64,000 nucleotides of DNA from positions 1 through 64,000 of the forward strand of contig CAWJIM010000004.1 of NCBI GenBank assembly GCA_963842945.1, in the 5' to 3' direction. Below the pieces are notes generated by a model that was not told the DNA's origin, did no database searches, and was given only the letters and a program-made list of their open reading frames with translations. Position 1 is the stretch's first letter, and every line of letters starts with the position of its first letter. The translations under genes and the position numbers were made by a program. Source of the stretch: an uncultured Gemmatimonadales bacterium. Its GTDB lineage: Bacteria > Gemmatimonadota > Gemmatimonadetes > Gemmatimonadales > GWC2-71-9. Shown here piece by piece: positions 8,717-17,684 of this stretch.

Positions 8717-10504
8717 ATGACCGGAGGCACCGTGATCGGCAGGCTGCTGGCGCGAAAAGGAATCCTGTCCAAGCGAGAGCAGGAGCTCCGGGTGCGGGAA
8801 CAGGAGCTGCTGCAGCGCTTGGCGAGTGCCCTGGAGCGGTTCGGTTCCGACGTGGCGGCCGACGATCTGCGGCGGTTTCAAGAGGCCCGGGAGCAGCTGA
8901 CCGGTCTCTTCTTGCTGGTCGTCGCCGGCGAGTTCAATTCCGGGAAGTCCAGCTTCATCAACGCGCTCCTGGGTGAGCGGGTCTTACCTGAAGGCGTCAC
9001 CCCAACAACGGATCGAATCAACGTTCTGCGGCACGGTCCGGAGATCACCGACCAGCTCCGTGAGGCCTACCTGCTGGAGCGTACCCATCCGGCTGAGGTA
9101 CTTCGCGAGATCAGCATCGTGGACACACCGGGCACCAACGCCATCATTCGCCGACACGAGGAACTGACCCGGGACTTTGTTCCCCGCTCCGACCTGGTCC
9201 TGTTCGTCACCTCCGCCGACCGGCCTTTTACCGAGAGTGAGCGGACCTTCCTCGAGCAGATCCGGGAGTGGGGCAAGAAGATCGTCTTCATCGTCAACAA
9301 GATCGATATTCTGCCGCGGCCCGAAGAACGCGAAGAGGTCATTCGGTACGTCGGGGAGAATGCCAGAGCCCTGCTGGGAGAGAACCCGGAGATCTTCGCG
9401 GTAAGTGCGCGGCAGGCACTCGAGGCCCGCGCCGCTGGACCCGAGTCGACCGCTGCGGAGCTATGGGAGAGCAGCGGCTTCGAACAGGTCGAGGACTACC
9501 TGCTCAACACGTTGGATCAGCAGGAAAGGATTCGGCTGAAATTGTTGAATCCGCTGAACGTCGGGCTGCGGCTGGCCTCCAAGTACAAGGATGCCACCTT
9601 CGAGCGGCTCAAACTGCTGGCCCAGGACGTCGAGGCGCTCCAGAACATCGACCAACAGCTCGCTCTCTTTCATCAGGAGATGCTGCGCGACTTCGAGCCC
9701 CGAATCACCCGGCTCGACCTCTTACTGGGAGAGATGGAGAACCGGGGAACGCGCTTCTTCGAGGAGACTATCCGCATCGGCCGGATCAGGAGCCTGATGG
9801 ACAGCGAGGGTATCAAGCGATCGTTCGAACGCGAGGTCATCGGGGACACACCACGGTCTATCGAGGAAGAGGTCGGCCGGGTTATCGATTGGATCGTGGA
9901 ACGGAATCACCGGCTATGGCAGGACATCAGCGGCTACATCGAGCGGCGGCAGCTCATCCGACACCACGAGGGCATGATCGGCGACGTCGGTCCGAGCTTC
10001 GGGTACAACCGTCAGGCGCTGCTCGACTCGATCGGGCGGGTATCCCGCGAGGTGCTGGGAAGCTATAACCGGGAAGCCGAGTCGCGAACGATTGCCAACG
10101 AGATTCAGGGCGCCTTTGCCACCACCGCGCTGGCCGAGGCCGGGGCGCTTGGGCTGGGAACCATTGTCGTGACCGTAGTCACCGGCGCCGCGGCCGATGT
10201 GACCGGCATTCTCCTGGCAGCGGCATTGGCTGTCGGCGGGTTTTACGTTCTTCCCCGCAAGCGCCGCCAGTCTCAGCGCGACTTCCAGCGGCGCATCTCC
10301 GAACTCAGAACAAGCCTCAAAGACGCTCTCATCCGCCAGGTCCATTTGGAGCTGGAGCAGTCCAGCGCGCGAATCAATGAGGCCATAGCGCCATATCGCC
10401 GGTTTGTTCAGAGCCAGCAGCAGCGCCTCAACGAGGCTCGCGCCGAGCTGGTTGCCACCGAAGACGCCCTGCTTCGTCTGCGGGAGGAGGTCGAAAAGCG
10501 CTGA
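8717..10504 (+). CDS. Bacterial dynamin-like GTPase
   Basis: GEFNSGKS, VTPTT, DTPG, NKID; helical stalk; hydrophobic paddle near the C-terminus; terminal coiled coil. Confidence 0.9.
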   Translation: MTGGTVIGRLLARKGILSKREQELRVREQELLQRLASALERFGSDVAADDLRRFQEAREQLTGLFLLVVAGEFNSGKSSFINALLGERVLPEGVTPTTDRINVLRHGPEITDQLREAYLLERTHPAEVLREISIVDTPGTNAIIRRHEELTRDFVPRSDLVLFVTSADRPFTESERTFLEQIREWGKKIVFIVNKIDILPRPEEREEVIRYVGENARALLGENPEIFAVSARQALEARAAGPESTAAELWESSGFEQVEDYLLNTLDQQERIRLKLLNPLNVGLRLASKYKDATFERLKLLAQDVEALQNIDQQLALFHQEMLRDFEPRITRLDLLLGEMENRGTRFFEETIRIGRIRSLMDSEGIKRSFEREVIGDTPRSIEEEVGRVIDWIVERNHRLWQDISGYIERRQLIRHHEGMIGDVGPSFGYNRQALLDSIGRVSREVLGSYNREAESRTIANEIQGAFATTALAEAGALGLGTIVVTVVTGAAADVTGILLAAALAVGGFYVLPRKRRQSQRDFQRRISELRTSLKDALIRQVHLELEQSSARINEAIAPYRRFVQSQQQRLNEARAELVATEDALLRLREEVEKR

Positions 10505-10650
10505 GGAGCCCGATCCATCTTGACGGCCTCGGATCCGAGTGATAGCCTAGCCACACTCCCGCCGAACGAATTCAAGACGTTACGTCCGGTCCTTCCCCGC
10601 TCGAGTGACGGGATCGACCATTGCAGTCCCCTTCCGCCGGAGGTGGCCCC

Positions 10651-11118
10651 ATGGACGTGCTCGTCGCACTTGCCATCAGCATCGCAATTCTGATAACCGG
10701 ATGGACGTACGTTGCTCTGGGGGTGGCTGCCTTGCCCGTCTGGGCCGGTATCGTAGCGTGGGGGTGCTTTTTCGCGGCCGGCGGTAAAACCACCGGACTG
10801 AGTAAGACGATTGCCTCCAATCTCTCCGGAGTGCTGTGGGCCTTTCTGGCGCTGACCGCCTGGGGGAAATTCGGGGGTGGCGTGCCGGTACTCTCCGTCC
10901 TGGTGGGAGTGGCGGCGCTGTTCATGGTTCTTCAATCCAGGATCCCGGCTTTGTCCTTCATCCCGGGCTCGTTCCTGGGTGCCGCCACGGCCGTTAGTGT
11001 GGTAGTTGGTGCTAATGGCACCTGGAGCAAGACCATCATCGCCCTCGTAGTCGGAGCCATCCTGGGCTACGTGTCGGAGATGCTCGCGGGCGCCATGACT
11101 CGACGGAGCGCTGCCTAG
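10651..11118 (+). CDS. DUF1097-like small membrane protein
   Basis: WAGIVAWGCFFAAGG, ASNLSGVLWA, LSFIPGSFLGAA. GGAGG RBS before the ATG at 10651. Confidence 0.75.
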   Translation: MDVLVALAISIAILITGWTYVALGVAALPVWAGIVAWGCFFAAGGKTTGLSKTIASNLSGVLWAFLALTAWGKFGGGVPVLSVLVGVAALFMVLQSRIPALSFIPGSFLGAATAVSVVVGANGTWSKTIIALVVGAILGYVSEMLAGAMTRRSAA

Positions 11119-11145
11119 CACGTACTTCCCACCCCAAAAACACGA

Positions 11146-11170
11146 ATCCGGAGCCAACCTGGCTCCGGAT
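11146..11170. terminator. Terminator hairpin between the convergent DUF1097 gene and rpsU
   Basis: ATCCGGAGCCA-acc-TGGCTCCGGAT. Confidence 0.65.
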
Positions 11171-11197
11171 CTGTTCTACTTGGGCAACCAGCATTCC

Positions 11198-11398
11198 CTA
11201 CCAGGAATCGCTGGTCACCTTCTTCTTCCGTTTGCGCCGCAGCGCAGCTGCACTCTTGATGGCTCGAGCTTCACTGGGCTTTACGTAGTGCCGGCGCCGT
11301 CTGAGTTCGCCGAAGAGACCGGACTTTTGAAGCTTCCGCTTAAACACCTTCAGCGCGCGCTCCAGGCTGTCCTCGTCACTCAGCTTCACTTCAGTCAT
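11198..11398 (-). CDS. rpsU: 30S ribosomal protein S21
   Basis: MTEVKLSDEDSLERALKVFKRKLQKSGLFGELRRRRHYVKPSE. Confidence 0.93.
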   Translation of the reverse strand: MTEVKLSDEDSLERALKVFKRKLQKSGLFGELRRRRHYVKPSEARAIKSAAALRRKRKKKVTSDSW

Positions 11399-11482
11399 TC
11401 AGGGGCCCCCATCGAGAGAGAAAGCAAAGGGGCCGGCGCCAGTGCCGGCCCCCTGGAGGCAGGAAGGGTTGAGTCTTATCGG

Positions 11483-11887
11483 CTACCCTTCCGGTGCCGA
11501 GAGAAGCATACCCCGTGATTCCTCGTACCACAAGGCAAGTGCCGTGGCTGCGGCCGCTCCAGCCGGTTCGGCTGGAGGTGCGGGCTCCGCGCTGGTGAGC
11601 ACTTCGCCCTCGGTGATCTCAGGCTTGCCCAGCTCGAATACCAGCGGGTTCCTGAGGGTGTACTCGGCTGCGCACCGGCTGGACTCGGCGGAGCCTTCGA
11701 GCGTCTCGTAGAAACTCAGGGTCAGCACCTCCCGATTTTCCACGCTGAGGAGGTAGTACCCTCTGAAACCGGGGATCTGCTGCAGGATGGGCAGAAACTC
11801 ATCACGAATCTGACGGCGCAGAAGCTCCAGCGAAGCCTTGTTGACGGCGCCGTTCTTGGGACTGTATCTGCGAATAGTGGCGTACAT
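11483..11887 (-). CDS. ABM-like (dimeric alpha/beta barrel) hypothetical protein
   Basis: MYATIRRY...FLPILQQIPGFRGYYLL...PEITEGEV. Confidence 0.6.
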   Translation of the reverse strand: MYATIRRYSPKNGAVNKASLELLRRQIRDEFLPILQQIPGFRGYYLLSVENREVLTLSFYETLEGSAESSRCAAEYTLRNPLVFELGKPEITEGEVLTSAEPAPPAEPAGAAAATALALWYEESRGMLLSAPEG

Positions 11888-11987
11888 CTCTTCCTCGAGC
11901 ACGCGCTAGAGGCGCGCAGGTAATGCGACTGCGGAACTACTTCACCATCGTGGAACATAACTGCCGTCAGGCGGGGTGGCGAGGTTC

Positions 11988-12791
11988 CTAGCGGCTGAGC
12001 AGGCCGGCGTCCAGGATCAACGGCGCGCCGGTGATATAGCGGGCTCGGTCTGAAGCCAGGTAGAGTACCGCCTGGGCCACGTCCTCCGGCTCGACCCAGG
12101 GAACCGGCAGCAGGTTCCCGGCGGAACGTTCCGCGATTTGTGCCGGGGTAAGCCCTTCCAGAGCGGCCAGCCCGTCATTCATCGGGGTATTTACCCCTGT
12201 CGGATGCAAGGAGTTGACCCGGATGCCATAGGGCGCCAACTCGATAGCCCACGATTTGGTGAGGCCGGTGAGCCCCCACTTCGAGGCTGCATAATGACTG
12301 AGCCGGCCCATCCCCCTGAGTCCCGCAACCGAGGAGTTGTTGATGATGACGCCCGACTTCTGGGCGATCATCACCGGAATAACCCGACGGGCCACCAGCC
12401 AGGCGCCCTTGAGATTGATGTCCAGCATGGTGTCCCACGCTTCTTCGGTCAGCTCATGCGCCAAGCCATAGGCACAGATGCCCGCATTGTTGAAGAGAAT
12501 GTCGATCCGTCCGTACTGAGACACCACTGCGGCGACCGCTGCCGTAATCGCCCCATCGTCGCGTACATCACCCTGAAAGGTGAGGCACTCGGTTCCCAGT
12601 TTGCGGCATTCGGCCGCCAGGGAGGCGAGATCGTCCCGGTTGCCCATGTCATAGCCGGGGTAGCTCAGCGGACGAGCGATGTCGAAGGCGCCGATCCGGG
12701 CGCCCTCTGCCGCCAGGGCCAGCCCGGTCGCCCTTCCCTGGCCGTGTGCCGCGCCCGTGATGAAGGCAACCTTTCCGGTGAACTCTCCCAT
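11988..12791 (-). CDS. SDR oxidoreductase resembling the mycofactocin-coupled/carveol dehydrogenase group
   Basis: TGAAHGQGR, post-Asp insert DIARPLSYPGYDMG, NNAGI, YAASKWG, HPTGVNTPM, NLLPVPWVEPEDV. Confidence 0.85.
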   Translation of the reverse strand: MGEFTGKVAFITGAAHGQGRATGLALAAEGARIGAFDIARPLSYPGYDMGNRDDLASLAAECRKLGTECLTFQGDVRDDGAITAAVAAVVSQYGRIDILFNNAGICAYGLAHELTEEAWDTMLDINLKGAWLVARRVIPVMIAQKSGVIINNSSVAGLRGMGRLSHYAASKWGLTGLTKSWAIELAPYGIRVNSLHPTGVNTPMNDGLAALEGLTPAQIAERSAGNLLPVPWVEPEDVAQAVLYLASDRARYITGAPLILDAGLLSR

Positions 12792-13351
12792 CAGCTCCGC
12801 TGGCCCATGCCGGCCGCACTCTCGCGTACACCCTTGCGATAGGGCTGCAGATACTCGTCCAGATCCACCTCGAGCGCATTGTTCACGACGTTGGTCGCGA
12901 CCATGAGCGCGCCGAATGCGGTAAGCACCACGATCTGAGCCGGGGTGAAGTGAGGCGCGAGTCGCTGATATACCTCGTCGGAAACCTTGAACGGAGATAC
13001 AGCCAGGGCCCGGCCAAAGTCGAGCACTGCGCTCTCCCGCTCGTCCAGTCGTAGCCGGTCGGGGTTCTCACCGGTTTGAATGAGCATCCGGCGAAAGAAG
13101 GTGGAGCAGATCAGGCAATCGGTTTCGGAGGAAATGGCATGGGCGAACAGCGTTGTCAGCCGCTCGCCCAGAATGGGTTGAACCGCATCGCGCAGGGGAT
13201 ACCACTGCATCAGCGCTTCGAACGCCGGCAGCGAATGGAGCAGCGTGCGCTTCATGTTGGTCATCCGGGCATGAGTGCGCACATGGGCGTCGGCCGCGGC
13301 TCTGGCATTGGCGGGTGCGGCTTCGATCTCGAGTGGCGCGATACGGGGCAT
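12791..13351 (-). CDS. AhpD/carboxymuconolactone decarboxylase-like protein
   Basis: MPRIAPL...TLLHSLPAF...ISSETDCLICS...DERESAVLDF...FGALMVATNVVNNALEVDLD. Its stop overlaps the SDR start. Confidence 0.75.
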   Translation of the reverse strand: MPRIAPLEIEAAPANARAAADAHVRTHARMTNMKRTLLHSLPAFEALMQWYPLRDAVQPILGERLTTLFAHAISSETDCLICSTFFRRMLIQTGENPDRLRLDERESAVLDFGRALAVSPFKVSDEVYQRLAPHFTPAQIVVLTAFGALMVATNVVNNALEVDLDEYLQPYRKGVRESAAGMGQRS

Positions 13352-13438
13352 GGCGACAGGCTCCGGGGCGAGAGACAGCGACCCGAGTCAATCTATGAAG
13401 GTCAGGATGATCGGAGAAGAAGCGGTGAGTTTACCTCC

Positions 13439-14047
13439 TCAGAGGACTCGGCGCGAGGCCACGTGCCTCTGCAGGTACCACTTTCCCCTCGCGCTGGTGA
13501 GATCGTCGTACACTACTCCACCTGCACCTGCGGACGAGTGAAGAATCCTGTTGTTGCCGACATAGATCGCGACGTGGTTGACCGTGGTCCCCGTACTGGC
13601 AAAGAGCAGGAGGTCGCCGGGACGAAGGGATGTCACGTCCAACCTTACCGGGTCACCGGCCGATGCCTGCTCCCGGGAAGTGCGCGGCAGTTTGATACCG
13701 TGTCGACCAAACACATACTGCACGAAACCCGAGCAGTCGAATCCGGATGTGGGACTCTCGCCTCCAAAGACATAATGGGTCCCCACGTAGCGCTTGGCCG
13801 TTGCCAGAATGCCGGCGGCGGTTGCGTGGCCTTTCGTTGCAGTACGGGCAGGAGCTGTCGGGCGGGTAACGCCCGGTGTGGCACGAACGCTCACCCCACG
13901 TCCGCCTACTGTTGCCACCACGGCAATGGGGCCCAGCGTGGCCCTTACCACCGGGCGCTGCACGCGAGGCAGAGCGATTGTGACCTGCGCGGCCATCACG
14001 CTCGGAGCCCCGGCCAGAAGCGGCAGGGCACAAGCGATGAACTTCAT
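13439..14047 (-). CDS. NlpC/P60 (C40) cell-wall peptidase, secreted
   Basis: Signal peptide; YVFGG, GFDCSGFVQYVF, LPRTS, PGDLLLF, HVAIYVG. Confidence 0.92.
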   Translation of the reverse strand: MKFIACALPLLAGAPSVMAAQVTIALPRVQRPVVRATLGPIAVVATVGGRGVSVRATPGVTRPTAPARTATKGHATAAGILATAKRYVGTHYVFGGESPTSGFDCSGFVQYVFGRHGIKLPRTSREQASAGDPVRLDVTSLRPGDLLLFASTGTTVNHVAIYVGNNRILHSSAGAGGVVYDDLTSARGKWYLQRHVASRRVL

Positions 14048-14054
14048 GGGATGC

Positions 14055-16989
14055 CTACCTTGATGTGACTGGAGTGGCCAATGCAGGAGGTGTGCCACTC
14101 TGGTGCCCAATCAGTCCCGCCTCGGTAAGAAATAGGCTTCCGCCGGTCGGCAAGCCGGCCCGTCGATGGGCCCGGGTGAGAACCAGTCGGTCTTTCGCCC
14201 GCGTCATACCGACATAAAGCAGACGGCGGGCCTCCTGGATTTCGTCTTCGAGGTTCTCTTCCAGCGCCTTCCATCCGGGCAGTTGCTGATCTTCGACACC
14301 GATGATGTACACCCGCGAGAACTCCAGCCCCTTGGTGGAATGGAGAGTGAGAAGGTTGACCCGATTCGGATGGGTATCTGCTCCGGCGCTGGTGGAGAGC
14401 GCCGCGCGGCTCAGGAGATCATCGATCTGGAGGGCAACCGAGTCTCCGGTGCTGGACTGCACCAGCACACGCAGACGCTCGACCGCCACGGGATAGCGCT
14501 CCGAGACCGTCCGCTCGGCCCGGAGGCGCTCCATCAGCGCCCGACCGCCGAGTCGCTCCACCACCGCTTCGAGCGAGGGCGCAACGGCACCCAGAGCAAC
14601 CTCGGAGGCATAACTCTCGAGACAATCGCTGTACCGGCCGAGACTGAAGGGGCGGCTGATGTCTCGGAGCAGATTCTCCTCGTCTCCGCTTCCGCGGCAG
14701 GGATCCAGAGCCAGGGCCAGCCCCAGCTGATCGAGCAGGTTGACCGCGGCGATCTTCCGGGCCCGCCTCATTCTCAGCTCGTTCAGGGCGGGCACCACTC
14801 CCGCCAGCATGTAGGCGTCATCGAAGGCGTGGTGCGCCCGACCAACCTCTACGTTGAAACGGGCAGCGAGCTCGGTCAGCTTGGCGCTGCCTTCGACCAG
14901 CGACCGGGCCAGCGGGAGGGTGTCATAGAACACGAGGTCGTCAATGCCGGGAAAGTCTCGGCAGAGCCGGCGGAGCACCGGCACATCGAACTCCTGTCCG
15001 TTATGCGCCACCAGCAGATCGGTGCCGACAAAGGCGCGGAACTGGCCCCAGACCTCATCCCACGCAGGCGCCTGGGCGACATCCAGATCGGTGTATCCAT
15101 GCACCTCGGTTGCCCGAGCAGAGATAGGCCTGCAGCAGGCGACCAGGCTGTGAAAGCGTTCCACCACCACTCGCTGACGCACCCGCACGGCCGCGATCTC
15201 GACGATCTCGCAAGTCTCGATATCGAAGTCGCTGGTCTCCAGATCGAAGGCGACGAAATCATCGAAGTCACTCTTGAGGCCTCGGGTCTGGAGCAACTGA
15301 AGCGCCTTGAACAGCCGGATCGGCCATCCCCCACTGCCATCACCCGGCCGGAGCACCAGGTCTGATGGGGCGGAGCTTTCCTGGCCGGCGAGCCGTTGGG
15401 CCTGAGACACACCCGCCGCCCGGAGCATGGCCACCAGCGGGATTTCCAGTCCTCCGCTGGCCTCGATGCTGATCCGCTGGCCGGCGGCAAGTGCCCGGCT
15501 GATCTGACCAGCCAGGAACGCTGCACCCGGATATGCTGCCGGATCGCTCAGGTCGTGGTGGTGCTCCTCCAGGGGATTGCGACCGACTCCGATCGGCCGG
15601 GTCAGCAGCTCGTCCACCAGTCCCGGGAAGGGTGTGATGCGAACGCGCCATGCCTCGCAGGTTTTCGAGGTGATAGATGAGCCGCCACACTCGCCTGCAG
15701 TCCGCATCGCCGCGGGGGCGGGAGGCAGCAAAGGTCCTGAGGTTGGTTACCAGGTCCTTTCCCCGGACGAAGCTCTTCGCCACCTCCTGACGGAGAGCCG
15801 GCGGCAAAGCACGCTCGGCCAGGACTCCGAGCCGGACCGGATCGTCAGGGGCGCGGATTACCTGCAAGGAGGCAACTACCCAGCCGACAATTTTGTCATC
15901 GGTGAGAGCGTGGCCTTGGGCCAACCGGCAGGGAATACTCGAGCATACCAGCCGCTCCTCCAGGTACCGCCCGAGCCGATGCGACCGGTACAACACCGCC
16001 ATATCCCCCCACCCAGCTCCGTGCTCGGCCTGATCTCTCTGCATATCCTCGATCAGCCAGGCTACCTCATCCTCATCGGTATCGAAGTCCTCCACCTGAA
16101 CGTCGAATCGAGAGTCCCGGGTGGCTTCGATCTGCTTCTCGAACAGACGGGGGTTACAGGCGATCAGCCGCTTTGCGGCGTCGAAGATCTGCACCGAGCA
16201 GCGACAGTTCCGGTCCAACACGATGGGATGGGTGAGCCCAAAATCGTCGCGGAACCGGTGGATGATGTGTGGATCCGATCCAGCCCAGGAAAAGATCGCC
16301 TGCTCGTCGTCGCCCACCCCGAAGAGATTTCGATGTCCCTCGGCCAATTGGCGGACGACGCCGTACTGCACCGGACTCAAATCCTGAAACTCGTCTACCA
16401 GCACGTAGTCCCACCTGCCTCGGAGCTGGGCTGCCGCGGCTGGGTCGGTTCTCAGGAGCCGCTCGGTCAGAACTACCAGGTCGTCGAAGTCGGCCAGATT
16501 GCGATCGCGCAGGCGCTCCTGATAGCGGGCCAGTAGCGCGGTGCCGCGTTCCCCGAGCGGACGGCCTTGCAAACGATAGAGGCTGAACAAGGCCAGAACC
16601 TGTGCCCGTCGCTTCTCCGGCACCCGCAAACGCTTCAGCACTCCGAGCTGATATTCCTGATCGGCCACCCCAAAGGCCGGACGAAGGCCGCACTGCTCGG
16701 GAAAGTCCCGCAGCACTTTGAAGCAGAGAGCATGCAGGGTCCCTCGAGTGATGTCCTCCGCGGCATAGCCCCGCGCTTCCTGGAGCCGCACGGCGATCTC
16801 TTCAGCCGCCTTGTTGGTGAAGGTGACGGCCAGGATTCTCCGGGGTGGAACCCCGAGCTCCTGGATGAGATGCTGGATCCGACAGATCAAACAGTAGGTC
16901 TTTCCGGCACCCGGCCCGGCCATGACCAGCATCGGACCGAGCGGGGCCTCGATGGCACGGCGCTGCTGGAGGGTGGGCTCGAGGCTCAT
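14055..16989 (-). CDS. UvrD/PcrA-family helicase with inserted DEDDh (DnaQ-like) 3'-5' exonuclease; one +1 indel near 15625
   Basis: Helicase motifs AGPGAGKT, VTFTNKAA, VDEFQD, VGDDEQAIF; exonuclease motifs FDLET, AHNGQEFD, AHHAFDD; then TLHSTKGLEF and EARRLLYVGMTRA. Confidence 0.88.
14082..14097 (-). promoter_or_regulatory. Candidate sigma54 promoter for the NlpC/P60 gene
   Basis: Minus strand TGGCAC-ACCTC-CTGCA, 35 nt upstream of the ATG, lying inside the 3' end of the helicase gene. Confidence 0.45.
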
Positions 16990-17684
16990 GCCTGTACGGC
17001 ATTCCCGCTGAGCGCGCGGGCCCAGCCGGCAATCGTTTCAGCCAATTCGTCCATGACCTGGTCCTGAGTTCGACCCGCACGCTTGAGGATCCCGAAGGAA
17101 TGATCGGCGCCATCCACCGGATGCAGGGTGGCGAGCGATTTCAGACGGCTGGCCACATCCGTAATCAGATCGAGCCGGGCAAACCCATCCCGGGTTCCCT
17201 GGAGAAAAAGCATGGGGACATTGACGGCTTGAAGGTGATCCGCCCGGTGGGTGCCGGGCTGCCCTGGAGGGTGCAGCGGAAAGCCGAGAAACACCAGTCC
17301 CCGCGCTCGCTCGAGTGGCGCGGTGGCGGCGGCGGATGAGGTCATCCGGCCACCCATAGATTTCCCGCCGGCCACAACGGGCAGCTCAGGAACGATCTCT
17401 CCCGCCTTGGTGACCGCTGCCCGGACCGTTTCCTCGAGAATTGGTGGGGCGTCGGGCCGGCTGCGGCCAGCTGCCATGTAGGGGAACTGGTAGCGGAACG
17501 TCGCAATTCCTCTCGCGCCAAGAGAGGCGGCTATCCGGTCCAGAAAGCGATGCCGCATGCCGGCGCCGGCGCCATGGGCCATGACGTATAGCAGCCAGGC
17601 ATCCGGAGGACGGAGCAGAAAGGCCGGGACTTCTCCGATGGTCGGGGAGACATAGAGGCGAAGGTCGGCCGCTTCGGTGGTCAC
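16986..17684 (-). CDS. Alpha/beta hydrolase (KANL3/Tex30-like, dienelactone hydrolase-like)
   Basis: AHGAGAGM, GGKSMGGR nucleophile elbow, LGFPLHPPG, QGTRD, GADHSF. Confidence 0.85.
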   Translation of the reverse strand: MTTEAADLRLYVSPTIGEVPAFLLRPPDAWLLYVMAHGAGAGMRHRFLDRIAASLGARGIATFRYQFPYMAAGRSRPDAPPILEETVRAAVTKAGEIVPELPVVAGGKSMGGRMTSSAAATAPLERARGLVFLGFPLHPPGQPGTHRADHLQAVNVPMLFLQGTRDGFARLDLITDVASRLKSLATLHPVDGADHSFGILKRAGRTQDQVMDELAETIAGWARALSGNAVQA

